NCBI GenBank assembly: GCA_050302075.1
Contig: JBNLAH010000008.1
Location: 1 to 43,112, forward strand
Direction of reading: 5' to 3'
DNA length: 43,112 nt
Source: Parachlamydiales bacterium
GTDB taxonomy: Bacteria; Chlamydiota; Chlamydiia; Chlamydiales; SM23-39
Part shown: positions 9,614-19,759 of the stretch, piece after piece
How the letters are laid out: every line of letters begins with the position of its first letter
Position numbering within the stretch: position 1 is the first letter of the stretch
Notes under the pieces: generated by a model
Told to the model about the DNA's origin: nothing
Seen by the model: the letters and a program-made list of their open reading frames with translations, nothing else
Database searches by the model: none
Translations under genes and position numbers: made by a program

Positions 9614-10519
9614 ATGAGTATGATTTCAATTAATCAATTTCCGGGCTTACAGGAGCCTATTTTAGCTGATCTGTTTTGGGATCAGTTTAATAAAGAACGA
9701 CAAGTTTTTATGGCAATGTTTCCAAAAGAGCCATCAACAAAGATAAAAGAGACACTTTTAACCTTAACAGATATAGGACAGCTTACACAATTCTCTGGAA
9801 ATATGGAATATGCTGACCTTGAGCAAGCATATGAGTCTTATGTTACTAATATGCAGTATGCTAGAGGTTTAAAGTTCTCAAGGAAATATATAGATACAAA
9901 CCAGTATCCACAGTATTTCAAAGATGCAACTAGAATGCTAGGAAGGGCAGCAGGAAGAACATCAGAGCAAGTAAGAGCTGATATTTTTAATAATGCTTTT
10001 AATACAAGTGGTGATTTTGTTCATGGAGACCTCAAAGCTCTTTGTGCTACAGATCATCCTGTGCCTGACGGGTCTTTTACACAATCTAATGTTGGAACAA
10101 CAGCATTATCACCAGCAGCAGTTTCTACTGCTAGGGCAGTAATGAGAAGATTCAAAACCTATACTGGTGAGCCAATAGATGCTCAGGCAACTGCTTTGAT
10201 TGTTGCACCAGAAAATGAGGATTTAGCAGATAGGATAGTAAATTCGACGCAGTATGCGTTAACAGCTAATAATGATATAAATCCTAGAAATATATCAAAA
10301 CTTAAGATTATAACATCTACAAGATTAAGCGATTCAAATAATTGGTTTTTAGTAGATGAGTCATTAAAGGATATGTTTTTAAAATGTTTTGATGTTACAG
10401 CCCCAGAATTTGGGAGAGATGTTAATACTGATAGTTTATCGGTTAAGTATTATGCTTATATGTATTTTGGTGTTGGATATACAGATTGGCGTTGGATTTA
10501 TGGTTCTAATGTATCTTAA
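9614..10519 (+). CDS. Major capsid protein (Mu gpT-like, HK97 fold)
   Basis: YARGLKFSR, ADIFNNAF, GDLKALCATDHP, LIVAPENE, SNNWFL, GVGYTDWRWIYGS. Confidence 0.92.
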   Translation: MSMISINQFPGLQEPILADLFWDQFNKERQVFMAMFPKEPSTKIKETLLTLTDIGQLTQFSGNMEYADLEQAYESYVTNMQYARGLKFSRKYIDTNQYPQYFKDATRMLGRAAGRTSEQVRADIFNNAFNTSGDFVHGDLKALCATDHPVPDGSFTQSNVGTTALSPAAVSTARAVMRRFKTYTGEPIDAQATALIVAPENEDLADRIVNSTQYALTANNDINPRNISKLKIITSTRLSDSNNWFLVDESLKDMFLKCFDVTAPEFGRDVNTDSLSVKYYAYMYFGVGYTDWRWIYGSNVS

Positions 10520-10531
10520 TTTTTTTAATAA

Positions 10532-10566
10532 GGGGGATGACTATTAAAGTTATCCCCCAAATTTTA
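10532..10566 (+). terminator. Terminator after the capsid gene
   Basis: GGGGGATGAC...GTTATCCCCC hairpin with a weak T tract. Confidence 0.65.
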
Positions 10567-10582
10567 TATTAAGAGGTATTTT

Positions 10583-11068
10583 ATGTTAAAAAATTCTTTA
10601 AATCAAGGGATTGAACCTTTGGACCTTAGAAAGCAGTGTTTAGGCTATAATGAGCAGGAAAGATTGAGGCAAGAAATTTCTATATTAGAAAATGAAATTA
10701 AGTATAGAAATAATCTTAAGATTAATGGTGTAGATGCTTATATTCCGGATGATGTATATTCTGAAATGGTAAAAAAGTTAAAAAGAAAAAAAATAGCATT
10801 TGAAAGAAATAAGGCGCCTCATGTCTCGGGAAAAGATAAAGATATTCTATATCAAGAAGCTAAACAGTTAGAAGAAAAAATTAAAGAATTACAATTAACA
10901 AAAAAAGAACTTTATGAAGAAGACCCTATTAAGTTAGCGCAAATAACACAAAGGCATATGAAAAATTACGATAAATTAACTGAAATGGAAATGCGCTATA
11001 AGAATATTATGCGTAGATTAGAACCAGACAATCCTGAAATAACGGATGTCAATAAATTTAGGAGATAG
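10583..11068 (+). CDS. Hypothetical helical protein
   Basis: ORF with GAGG RBS. Confidence 0.7.
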   Translation: MLKNSLNQGIEPLDLRKQCLGYNEQERLRQEISILENEIKYRNNLKINGVDAYIPDDVYSEMVKKLKRKKIAFERNKAPHVSGKDKDILYQEAKQLEEKIKELQLTKKELYEEDPIKLAQITQRHMKNYDKLTEMEMRYKNIMRRLEPDNPEITDVNKFRR

Positions 11069-11070
11069 CA

Positions 11071-11772
11071 ATGAAAAAAATATTGATTTTAATGTTTATA
11101 TTATCTTTTGTTTCTTTTTCTATATCAGCTCTTACCCAAAGCGGGACAGATATATGGATGGTAGGAACAACAGACGCAGGAGCAGTTCTTGATAGTGATG
11201 GGAGCTTAACTGTTACAGCAGATTTAGTAGCGCAAGATGACCTTACAGTAACAGATGATGCCTCTATTGGCGGTGATTTAGCTTTAACAGGTGATTTGAC
11301 TTTAGACGAAATTACAGCGTCTACCGCAACAATTACCTATACTGTAACTGCTGGGACATTAACAGATGGAACAGCAAGCATAACAGGAGGGGCTGGATCA
11401 GGATTTGGGCTTATTACCGCTTCTAGCGTAACAGTTACCAACACAGCCACAGCTGGAACACTTACAGATGGTACAGCTTCTCTTACTTCTGGAGCTTTGA
11501 CAAGTGCAACAAATGTAGCAACATCAAGCGCTACGGTTACATATGCATTTACGCTTGGAGCAAGCGAGACTCTTGATTATGATGATAGCAATTACGAGAT
11601 AGATATAAGTACAGATATAAAAGTAGGCGGTGTTATAGGTTTTTCTGTTAATATTGATACCAGTACAGCCCCAAAAGCAGTAGGATTTTTAGGCATTGAT
11701 AGTTCATATCAACTTTATATGGCAACCGGAACGTCAGCTGGCCAATGGCAGCTTGTAGGAAGTCAGTCTTAA
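11071..11772 (+). CDS. Fibre-like structural protein with N-terminal signal peptide
   Basis: MKKILILMFILSFVSFSISA|; DLTVTDD/GDLxLTG and GTLTDGT repeats. Confidence 0.7.
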   Translation: MKKILILMFILSFVSFSISALTQSGTDIWMVGTTDAGAVLDSDGSLTVTADLVAQDDLTVTDDASIGGDLALTGDLTLDEITASTATITYTVTAGTLTDGTASITGGAGSGFGLITASSVTVTNTATAGTLTDGTASLTSGALTSATNVATSSATVTYAFTLGASETLDYDDSNYEIDISTDIKVGGVIGFSVNIDTSTAPKAVGFLGIDSSYQLYMATGTSAGQWQLVGSQS

Positions 11773-11789
11773 AATAGGAGAGAATTATT

Positions 11790-12185
11790 ATGTTAGTAAA
11801 TTCACAAATACAGATGACAGATAAAGACGGGACGGCAGATATTGCGGTAGCAAGCACAGGGACTGTTTATACAAAAAGTCTTGATTTAGGCTATAAAGAA
11901 TACTTTGCATTGTTTTTAACTGCAACATCAAGCGGCACTGTCAATGTAGTAGTTACATTAGAGCAGTCTTACAGGACACCTCGTCCGGAAGGTGTGGCAG
12001 ATACAGAATGGGTTGCACCTGAAGGGGCGTCTACTATTATTACTTTATCTGATGAAAATTCGCATATTACTCCTATTAGCAGTATGAAGGCATTACCGTA
12101 TTTTAGGTTAAAATTGGTAGGGGATACGGGCAATGATGCCTCGACAACAGTTAATATAAGGCTTGGATATGTTGATAATGTTTAA
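11790..12185 (+). CDS. Small beta-sandwich structural protein (no signal peptide)
   Basis: Alternating beta-strand pattern (VVVTLEQS, PYFRLKL). Confidence 0.6.
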   Translation: MLVNSQIQMTDKDGTADIAVASTGTVYTKSLDLGYKEYFALFLTATSSGTVNVVVTLEQSYRTPRPEGVADTEWVAPEGASTIITLSDENSHITPISSMKALPYFRLKLVGDTGNDASTTVNIRLGYVDNV

Positions 12186-12227
12186 TATGTTCCACGAGGA
12201 ACATACATAGTTATTAAGGGGTAAAGC

Positions 12228-12989
12228 ATGAAAAAAGTATTGATAATATTTTTCATTAGTTTATTATTTTCTACTGCATATAGCTATACTGCTAGTTTTT
12301 ATGAAATATCAAGAAGCACTAGCGGGAATAGTAATTTACAAGATATTCGAGTATTAGTTAGAGAAGAAATAAACGACTCTACTAATACATATAATACAAA
12401 CAGATATACAGATGCAGAAATAAATAAATATATTAATATTATTCATGAGGATGTATGTATAAATACTCAAGTATTGCTAACGCAATGTACTGGTCAGCTT
12501 ACTGCTGGGACCACAGAGTATTATTTACCCCTTAATTTTCTAGCTTTTCAAAGAGTTATTTATGATCCTGTTAATGGTGATACAGATTATTTATTAGAAG
12601 AAAAAAATCCGTACGACATGGATGTTGATAACTCTGGATGGTTTACAGTAGCACCATCTACTCCTACTAATTACTATCGCTATCCTGCTTATAATAAAAT
12701 AGGGTTTTATCCTGCACCTGCTTATAGCAGTTCTGTTGTTACAATTTGGTATATAAAAAGGCCAGATGAGTTAACAAGCGATACGGACGAAATATTTGAT
12801 AGTATTCCTGTATTAGAGAGCTTTAGACGTGCAATTGTAGTAGGAACAAGCGGAATTATTTATATGCAAGAAGGCAATCCTATGTATTCTATAAAATTAC
12901 AAGAATATTCGGGATATATAGAAAATATTAAGAAAAGTTATGATTTAATGCCAAATTATGATCCAAGTATAAGGGTATATAAAAAATGA
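12228..12989 (+). CDS. Head-tail adaptor / tail tubular protein A-like, with signal peptide
   Basis: LQDIRVLVREEIND...YTDAEINKYIN, YYLPLNF, PTNYY, IGFYPAP, WYIKRPDEL; N-terminus MKKVLIIFFISLLFSTAYS|. Confidence 0.8.
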   Translation: MKKVLIIFFISLLFSTAYSYTASFYEISRSTSGNSNLQDIRVLVREEINDSTNTYNTNRYTDAEINKYINIIHEDVCINTQVLLTQCTGQLTAGTTEYYLPLNFLAFQRVIYDPVNGDTDYLLEEKNPYDMDVDNSGWFTVAPSTPTNYYRYPAYNKIGFYPAPAYSSSVVTIWYIKRPDELTSDTDEIFDSIPVLESFRRAIVVGTSGIIYMQEGNPMYSIKLQEYSGYIENIKKSYDLMPNYDPSIRVYKK

Positions 12990-15900
12990 AGTATATTTTA
13001 GCCATTTTTTTTTCTTTTTTTTTATTTCTAGGCTTTGGGTTATGTGAACAGGTCAGTTTTAGTGATTTTAGTGGTGGTTTAAGGACTGATGTTAATTCAG
13101 ATTTATTACAAGCAAACGAGTCTCCTGATTGCGAAAATGTTATAGTCAGTGAAATAGGTACATCTTTATTGAAAAGACGTGGATTTGCTATATTTAGTAG
13201 TCTTGTAAGCTCTTTTACTGTAAATTCCTCAAATAAATATATTGATATGAGTATAGGCGCAGTATTCCCAGAGGAAAGAACGGCTATTGTGGCAGAGGGG
13301 ATTTATGAAAATATTACAGATTTATTAGCGGCCGTTACTACAGCTCTTGTTGCAGTAGGGGTAGGAGATGAATTTAAGGCAGAATTGTCAGGAGGCAAAG
13401 TAAAAATATATAGGGATATTCCAATAGGGAATATTCCATTAAATTTATATTTTGCAACTGGAACGCATGCGGATAAATCTATGGCATATATGCTGGGCTT
13501 TGCTGCCTCTGATTATACGGGCGTATGGGAGGGAACAGGATATACTGCCCCTAACGTATATGTTGAAAACACAGCAACTACAGATAGTTCAGGGTGTCAA
13601 GGGTTTAGCTTATTTCAAGAAGAGAGTACGGGTTATGATTATTTTATTACTCCACATGGCCAATATGTTTCTAAACTTTATATTGATAATGGCGATCGCA
13701 CTGATTTTATTACAGATCGTACTACTACAACAACAACTTATGATCAATATACTTTAGATGAAGAATATATTTACGGTTGTAATGGCTATGATTATAACTG
13801 GAGATATGACGGTACTACTTTAACAAGATTCAGCACATATACAGTAACAACAGGCAGTATTTATTTTGATTTTTTGATAGATAGCACTACTACTAATGTT
13901 ATTGCTGGAACAAATAATAGCCAATTAGCGCTTATAGATACAACAAATGACGATATAGACAGTTTATTAGATTTAGATAATAATGTTGGAGCAATAACTT
14001 ATGACGGAACGAGTCATTGGGTTACCATTCCAACATTAAACAAAGTAAACAAGGTAGATTTAGCAAATTCTACTATAGATGATACTGTAACGGTTGGGAA
14101 TAATCCAACATCAATTGAGGCTTATGTAGATAATATTTTTATTGTAAATGAAGATGACGATACTGTTACAATTTATGAAGACGGAGTAGGAACAGTAGAG
14201 ACTGTTACTGTAGGGGATAAACCAAGTGCTATTATAAGTGAAGACTATTACATAGGAGATGAAGCAGTAACATTAACTCAAACTGCTAGTTATCCAAATA
14301 TTTTAGACGGTGTAATAGACTCATCCTATTTATATTTTACTAATGGAACAAGTCTCTATAGATTGTATAATACATCAACAACAGCTGAATCTATAGGAAC
14401 TATTGCAAATCATTATCAAATAACCATAGATAGCAATAATTATACCTGGGCAGCATCAACTACTACTAGTAATATTTACAAAGTTTACAAAACATCTGAT
14501 GTTGTTATTTCGACATATAATTTTATAAGTGAATTAAATGTAATAAGTGTTGGAGACTATCCAAGTGCTTTAGAATATGACGGTAGTTATTTATATTGCA
14601 GTAATTATAATGATGATACGATTTCTAAAATAAATCCTTCTAATAATGTTATCATAAGCAGCCTTACAGTAGGAACTAATCCTAATGCATTACATTTTTT
14701 TAGTGGAGATTTATATTGTGCTAATTATAGCGATAATACTGTTTCTAAGATCAGTACAAATACTTTTACTATAATTAGCAGTATGACGGTAGGTGATTTT
14801 CCACAAGCATTAGAAGATGATGGAGAATTTTTATATTGCACTGGTGGGGATGGAGTATCTTTTGTTTCAAAAATAGATATAGATAATATGGTAATAATTA
14901 GCAGCATTCCTTTTTCTAATACAGCAAATCCTTATGATTTACATTTTTTTAATGGCGATCTATATGCAGCAAATGAGGGCGACGATACTGTTGTTAGGGT
15001 AAGCACAACTACACAAGTTATAGTAAGCACTATCACAGTAGGAACAACACCTAGAATTTTAAGTGATGATGATACTTATATATATTGTAGTAATGGGGGA
15101 GATAATACAATTTCTAAAATAAGCACAAGCGATGTTATTATTAGTAGTTTAACTGTAGGGAGTGTCCCTTGGGGGCTACATTTTTTTAATGGAGATTTAT
15201 ATTGTGCTAATGCTGGGGATGATAATGTTTCAAAAATCAGTACAAATACTTTTACTATAATTAGCAGTGTTACTGTTCAAAATTATCCTACAATTCTTTA
15301 TGACGATACAGAATTTGTATACTGTATTAATAGAGAAAGTGATACAGTATCAAGAATTAATATGAATGATAGAACAATAGCAGATAGTTTATTTGCTAAT
15401 AATTATTTATGGCTAGCATTTGAAGAAGATCGTATATGGCAAGTGGATGTAGGGAGTGCTTTTGATATTAATAATGTAGTTACTACTAATATAGATAATC
15501 CTAAAAAGTTAGGTTATTATGATAGTAGTATTTGGGCAGCTAATTATGATGGAGCGTCTGTTACAAGAATAGCCAAAGATAGTGCTACTGTTATAGCTGA
15601 AATATCTGTCTCAAGCAGCGCTTTAGATATGGCTTATGATACTTCGCAATATGTATATGTGGTAACAGAAGATAGCGCAACTATTGATAAAATAGATGTA
15701 AACACAAATAGCCTGGGAACAGGATTTACAACATCTGTTCAATATCCAGATTATGTAGAATATGGAAAGAATTATTTAGCATTTTCTAGTATAGCGTCTG
15801 ATGAGTTTTGGATAATCAATTTACAGGATAATAGTGCTCTTTCTAATGAAACCGCAAATTTTTCAGCTTCTTATTCTGATATATTTTTTAACAGTTCTGT

Positions 15901-17452
15901 AGAAAATAATTTTTACTTTGCTAACACAGAAAATACTTTTACAAAGGCAAATTTTGATGATTATCATTTATATGTAGCAAATGAAAACGATGATACAGTT
16001 ATAAAATTTAGACATAATGACTTTACTAATAGCAGCACTACTATTTCTGTAGGAACAACACCTATTGATTTAGATAGAGATACAAACAATATATATTGTT
16101 TGAATTATGGCGATGAGACTATATCAAAAATATCTAAAACTACTGATTTAGTAGTCTCAAGCATTACAACAGGAAGTACACCTCAGGATATTTTTGTTGA
16201 TAACGATACATATTTATATGTAACAAATTTAGGAAATGATAATATTTATAGGATAGAATTAGCTGGTTTTACATTAAATGCCACTATTCCTGTAGGAGAC
16301 CCAGTATATGTAACAAGAGTTGGAGACTATTTGTATTGTGTTCAATCTGATAATAATATTGTAAAGATAGATACTACAACGTTTAGTTTGACTTATATAG
16401 ACAATACAAAATATACAGTTTATGATTTTCCAAAGACTTTTACACATGCATTTTTTAAAGAAAGATATTGGATTGCTAATACTACTACTACACCAAATAA
16501 AATATGGCATTCTGTAGAGGAAGACCCACTTAATTTTGATACTTTATATAGCTTAGATGAGTTAAACTTGAATGCTGATAATTTTACAATAGGAGCTACA
16601 GGTAAAGGTATTAATAAACTATTCAATTATTCTGGTACATTAATGGTTTTTAAAGATGATAGTATTTATAGAATTGTTGGAGAAGAGACACCATTTTCCA
16701 TAATTCCTGTATCTAAATTTTTAGGATGTCCTTATGCTAATTCTATTTGTGAGGATAGCGGATATTTATATTTCTTTGGAAACGATAAATATTTTTATAC
16801 TTTTGATGGCGCTAATTTAACACGAATATCTCAAAATATAAGAGAATCAATAACTAAAAATATAAGTTATGTATCTTCTAAGTGGTATAGAGCTAAAATG
16901 TATTCTTATATACAATATACAGATGATACTGACGATATTTTTGTGTTCGATATTCTTACAAATTCGTGGTGGAGATATGATGGTTTTTATCCGTATCAGC
17001 TAGAAAGTTATAAAGATGATTTATATTTAGCAGATGAAAGATTTCCTTACATTTTAAGACAAGAATATTCAAGTCCTGTGTATTATGATTATTATTCAAG
17101 TACAAGTACAGCCCAGGCCATAAATTCTTATTATTATACTAGACTAGATTACTTAGATAATCCTGTTATGAAAAAGAGTCTTAATTATTTTTCTATTCTC
17201 ATGAAAGCTCAAAGTACAGGCAGTTTTTATTTAGATTATTTGATTAATGATGTTACATCTCAACAACTTACTTATAGTATGGTAGACAGCAACAGCAAGC
17301 CTTCAATCATCAGAAATAATAGATACCCTAGAGGAGAAAAGGGCGATTATTTTCAATGGAAATTTTATAATGCGCAGGCTAGTCAGACCTTTGATTTATA
17401 TAATTTCTTAACTGATTATGAAGTATTAGAATTTTTGGAGATAAGCGAATGA
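12986..17452 (+). CDS. Tail nozzle / tubular protein B (P22 gp10- or T7 gp12-like) with signal peptide and inserted YVTN-like beta-propeller repeats
   Basis: DFSGGL...ESPDCENV...LLKRRGF N-terminus; LMVFKDDSIY, GCPYANSI, DNPVMKKS C-terminus; ~40-aa TVGxxP...LYxAN...VSKI repeats. Confidence 0.8.
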   Translation: MKYILAIFFSFFLFLGFGLCEQVSFSDFSGGLRTDVNSDLLQANESPDCENVIVSEIGTSLLKRRGFAIFSSLVSSFTVNSSNKYIDMSIGAVFPEERTAIVAEGIYENITDLLAAVTTALVAVGVGDEFKAELSGGKVKIYRDIPIGNIPLNLYFATGTHADKSMAYMLGFAASDYTGVWEGTGYTAPNVYVENTATTDSSGCQGFSLFQEESTGYDYFITPHGQYVSKLYIDNGDRTDFITDRTTTTTTYDQYTLDEEYIYGCNGYDYNWRYDGTTLTRFSTYTVTTGSIYFDFLIDSTTTNVIAGTNNSQLALIDTTNDDIDSLLDLDNNVGAITYDGTSHWVTIPTLNKVNKVDLANSTIDDTVTVGNNPTSIEAYVDNIFIVNEDDDTVTIYEDGVGTVETVTVGDKPSAIISEDYYIGDEAVTLTQTASYPNILDGVIDSSYLYFTNGTSLYRLYNTSTTAESIGTIANHYQITIDSNNYTWAASTTTSNIYKVYKTSDVVISTYNFISELNVISVGDYPSALEYDGSYLYCSNYNDDTISKINPSNNVIISSLTVGTNPNALHFFSGDLYCANYSDNTVSKISTNTFTIISSMTVGDFPQALEDDGEFLYCTGGDGVSFVSKIDIDNMVIISSIPFSNTANPYDLHFFNGDLYAANEGDDTVVRVSTTTQVIVSTITVGTTPRILSDDDTYIYCSNGGDNTISKISTSDVIISSLTVGSVPWGLHFFNGDLYCANAGDDNVSKISTNTFTIISSVTVQNYPTILYDDTEFVYCINRESDTVSRINMNDRTIADSLFANNYLWLAFEEDRIWQVDVGSAFDINNVVTTNIDNPKKLGYYDSSIWAANYDGASVTRIAKDSATVIAEISVSSSALDMAYDTSQYVYVVTEDSATIDKIDVNTNSLGTGFTTSVQYPDYVEYGKNYLAFSSIASDEFWIINLQDNSALSNETANFSASYSDIFFNSSVENNFYFANTENTFTKANFDDYHLYVANENDDTVIKFRHNDFTNSSTTISVGTTPIDLDRDTNNIYCLNYGDETISKISKTTDLVVSSITTGSTPQDIFVDNDTYLYVTNLGNDNIYRIELAGFTLNATIPVGDPVYVTRVGDYLYCVQSDNNIVKIDTTTFSLTYIDNTKYTVYDFPKTFTHAFFKERYWIANTTTTPNKIWHSVEEDPLNFDTLYSLDELNLNADNFTIGATGKGINKLFNYSGTLMVFKDDSIYRIVGEETPFSIIPVSKFLGCPYANSICEDSGYLYFFGNDKYFYTFDGANLTRISQNIRESITKNISYVSSKWYRAKMYSYIQYTDDTDDIFVFDILTNSWWRYDGFYPYQLESYKDDLYLADERFPYILRQEYSSPVYYDYYSSTSTAQAINSYYYTRLDYLDNPVMKKSLNYFSILMKAQSTGSFYLDYLINDVTSQQLTYSMVDSNSKPSIIRNNRYPRGEKGDYFQWKFYNAQASQTFDLYNFLTDYEVLEFLEISE

Positions 17453-18060
17453 AAAAAGTTATAGTAGCTATTTTGTTGATTATTTTTGTTTTAATCCCTC
17501 TTTTATTTGCCGCGCAAAGCTTAAAACAGAAAACAAGAATATATAATTTTTATAATGATAACAGATTAAACGAAGAATTTGATAATGTCTATTATCAAAT
17601 AAACAAGATAGTAAAAGAATTTAATAAAATTAACAATAAATGCAGCCTCTATTTAAGTAATGATATTAGCTTAACAGGGGGCACTTTTATTGGGTTTACT
17701 CAAGAATATTTTGATATAGGAGATATGCATAGCACAAGTATAAACAATGAAAACATAACAATAACCCAGACAGACAAAATAAATTTTATTGTTAATTTAC
17801 AATGCAAAATAACTCCTGCCACATCCTTTACGAATGTAATACTTAGTATTTACAAAAATAATAATATTATAGGCAAAAAATATATTTATATAGATAAAGG
17901 TATTTCAAGCAGTACTTATATAGATTTTACAGTGGTGGATCAAGGACAAAAGGAAGATATTATAAAGTTATATATAGAGACAGACAATGCAATAACTATA
18001 GATATTAAGAATAATACTGATACAAACGAAGAATTTGGATTGGGAGTTTATCGAATTTAG
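17449..18060 (+). CDS. Tail-associated protein with signal peptide and C-terminal C1q/jelly-roll-like domain
   Basis: MKKVIVAILLIIFVLIPLLFA|; LNEEFDNV; FDIGDMHS. Confidence 0.6.
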   Translation: MKKVIVAILLIIFVLIPLLFAAQSLKQKTRIYNFYNDNRLNEEFDNVYYQINKIVKEFNKINNKCSLYLSNDISLTGGTFIGFTQEYFDIGDMHSTSINNENITITQTDKINFIVNLQCKITPATSFTNVILSIYKNNNIIGKKYIYIDKGISSSTYIDFTVVDQGQKEDIIKLYIETDNAITIDIKNNTDTNEEFGLGVYRI

Positions 18061-18071
18061 GGGGTTTAAAG

Positions 18072-19745
18072 ATGGGAAATGTAAGTATAATGCCAGTTCC
18101 TAGACCAGTTAATGTTAAAGGTAAAAAGGTTAAAGAAATATTACAAACTTATGATTTACCAACATTAACAGATGATCAAATAAATAATTTAGCAAATGAA
18201 TATGGATTATCTGCTGATGAAATTAATAATTATGTAAGTTTTATAACAAACCAGATTAAAACTCACGCTGGAATGGGAGCAACAGACAAAAGCGATGCTT
18301 ATAATAAATTAGTAGGAAAATATGAAAATATAGCAACAAATTTCAAAAGTATGGAAGATTATGTAAATAGTGTTGTTGACAATGTTTACAAGAAAGGATT
18401 AGAAGGATATGCGTTGCTAAAAACTGGAAAAGATAGCGATGGAAATTCTTTAATTTCAATGGCCCCTACAGAAGATGAATTAAAAGACTATTTTGATATA
18501 TTAGAAAATTCTGGATTAGCAGGCTCTAATTTAAAAAGTCGTTATAAAAGAAAAGGTTATCCTGATGAAGAATTTATAAAGGGTCAATATTTTGTTGATC
18601 AAGCATTGTTGAATGATCCTACAATCTCCGAAGATGTAAAGTTTAGTATTTTAAATAATCTATCTAAATTTGGAGGTAAATTTGAAGATTATAACATTAT
18701 ACTTGGGGATATGAATTTAGCAACCCCAGAAAAAACTGATAAATTTTTAAAAGATTATGTACAAATTTTGGCAAATCAGCCAGCCGAAGCCTTTGACGTA
18801 GAAGGAACACCAGACTTAAGAAATATTATTTTAGATAAATTAAGAGAGGGCATGGAAGTAACGGACATAGATCAAATAATTAATGATATCATTATGGAGG
18901 GAGAATCCCCTTATGTAGACGAAACAAAATATACTGACGATACTACTGATGATACTACAGATACTACAACACAAACAAGTAGAGAAGAAGTCCAAGATAT
19001 TTTAGACTCATTAGGAATATCTGCAATGTTTGACGATGCAGAAAGGGAAGACGCTTTAAATTATTTTTCTAATCTTATAGATGAAGGAACAGCGTCTCCA
19101 TATGAAATACGAGCGCTTTTGCAACAATCCCCTGAATATCAAAAGGTACAGCAAGAACAAGAAAGGGCTGCTATTCAACAAGAAGCAACAGAAACGAGAA
19201 GAGCATTAGGAACAGAGCTTGAAAAAGGTACAGGCAGGTTTTTAGAAACTACATTAGCACCCGCATTAAGACGTGAATTTAGTCAACTTGGGGGAAAAGA
19301 TAGGGCATCATTAGAAGCAGCAAGCTCAAGAGCTTTACGAGATATTGGACAAGAACGAGAGTCAACATTAGCACAAGCAGGCCTAGAACAAGCAGCAAGA
19401 CAAGAAGGATATCAAAGAGAAGATTATATAAGCCAAATGGTTAATCAATATAATCAAGCAATGTCAAAATGGAACCAGGCATATACCAAGCAAGCAGAAG
19501 CAAGACAGCAAGAAATTCAAAAATATTGGTATCCTATACAACAAGCAGGAATAAGACAGCAACAAGCTTATCAATCTAAGGAAGCAGATTTAAATAGAGA
19601 TTGGCAAACCTATATGGCTAACTTACAGAGAGGTTGGGACGAGGACGATTGGGCAAGAGGTGAAAGTTTAGCTAAACGTCAGAATTGGTATAATTTGTTA
19701 GGAACAGGCATAGGTGCTGGTATAGGTGGATGGGCTGGGAAATGA
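18072..19745 (+). CDS. Internal virion/DNA ejection protein
   Basis: Gln/Ala-rich helical C-terminal half ending in a glycine zipper LLGTGIGAGIGGWAG; podovirus synteny. Confidence 0.65.
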   Translation: MGNVSIMPVPRPVNVKGKKVKEILQTYDLPTLTDDQINNLANEYGLSADEINNYVSFITNQIKTHAGMGATDKSDAYNKLVGKYENIATNFKSMEDYVNSVVDNVYKKGLEGYALLKTGKDSDGNSLISMAPTEDELKDYFDILENSGLAGSNLKSRYKRKGYPDEEFIKGQYFVDQALLNDPTISEDVKFSILNNLSKFGGKFEDYNIILGDMNLATPEKTDKFLKDYVQILANQPAEAFDVEGTPDLRNIILDKLREGMEVTDIDQIINDIIMEGESPYVDETKYTDDTTDDTTDTTTQTSREEVQDILDSLGISAMFDDAEREDALNYFSNLIDEGTASPYEIRALLQQSPEYQKVQQEQERAAIQQEATETRRALGTELEKGTGRFLETTLAPALRREFSQLGGKDRASLEAASSRALRDIGQERESTLAQAGLEQAARQEGYQREDYISQMVNQYNQAMSKWNQAYTKQAEARQQEIQKYWYPIQQAGIRQQQAYQSKEADLNRDWQTYMANLQRGWDEDDWARGESLAKRQNWYNLLGTGIGAGIGGWAGK

Positions 19746-19759
19746 GGAGGTAAAAAATA

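Noticed and set aside
12986..13050. Lipoprotein signal (Cys20) on the nozzle
   Set aside because: FGLC does not fit the [LVI][ASTVI][GAS]C lipobox; SPase I cleavage is more likely, though this is unverified
14530..15370. Diversity-generating retroelement TR/VR pair or CRISPR-like repeats
   Set aside because: The repeats are in-frame protein repeats, mismatches are not confined to adenines, and no reverse transcriptase or cas gene is visible
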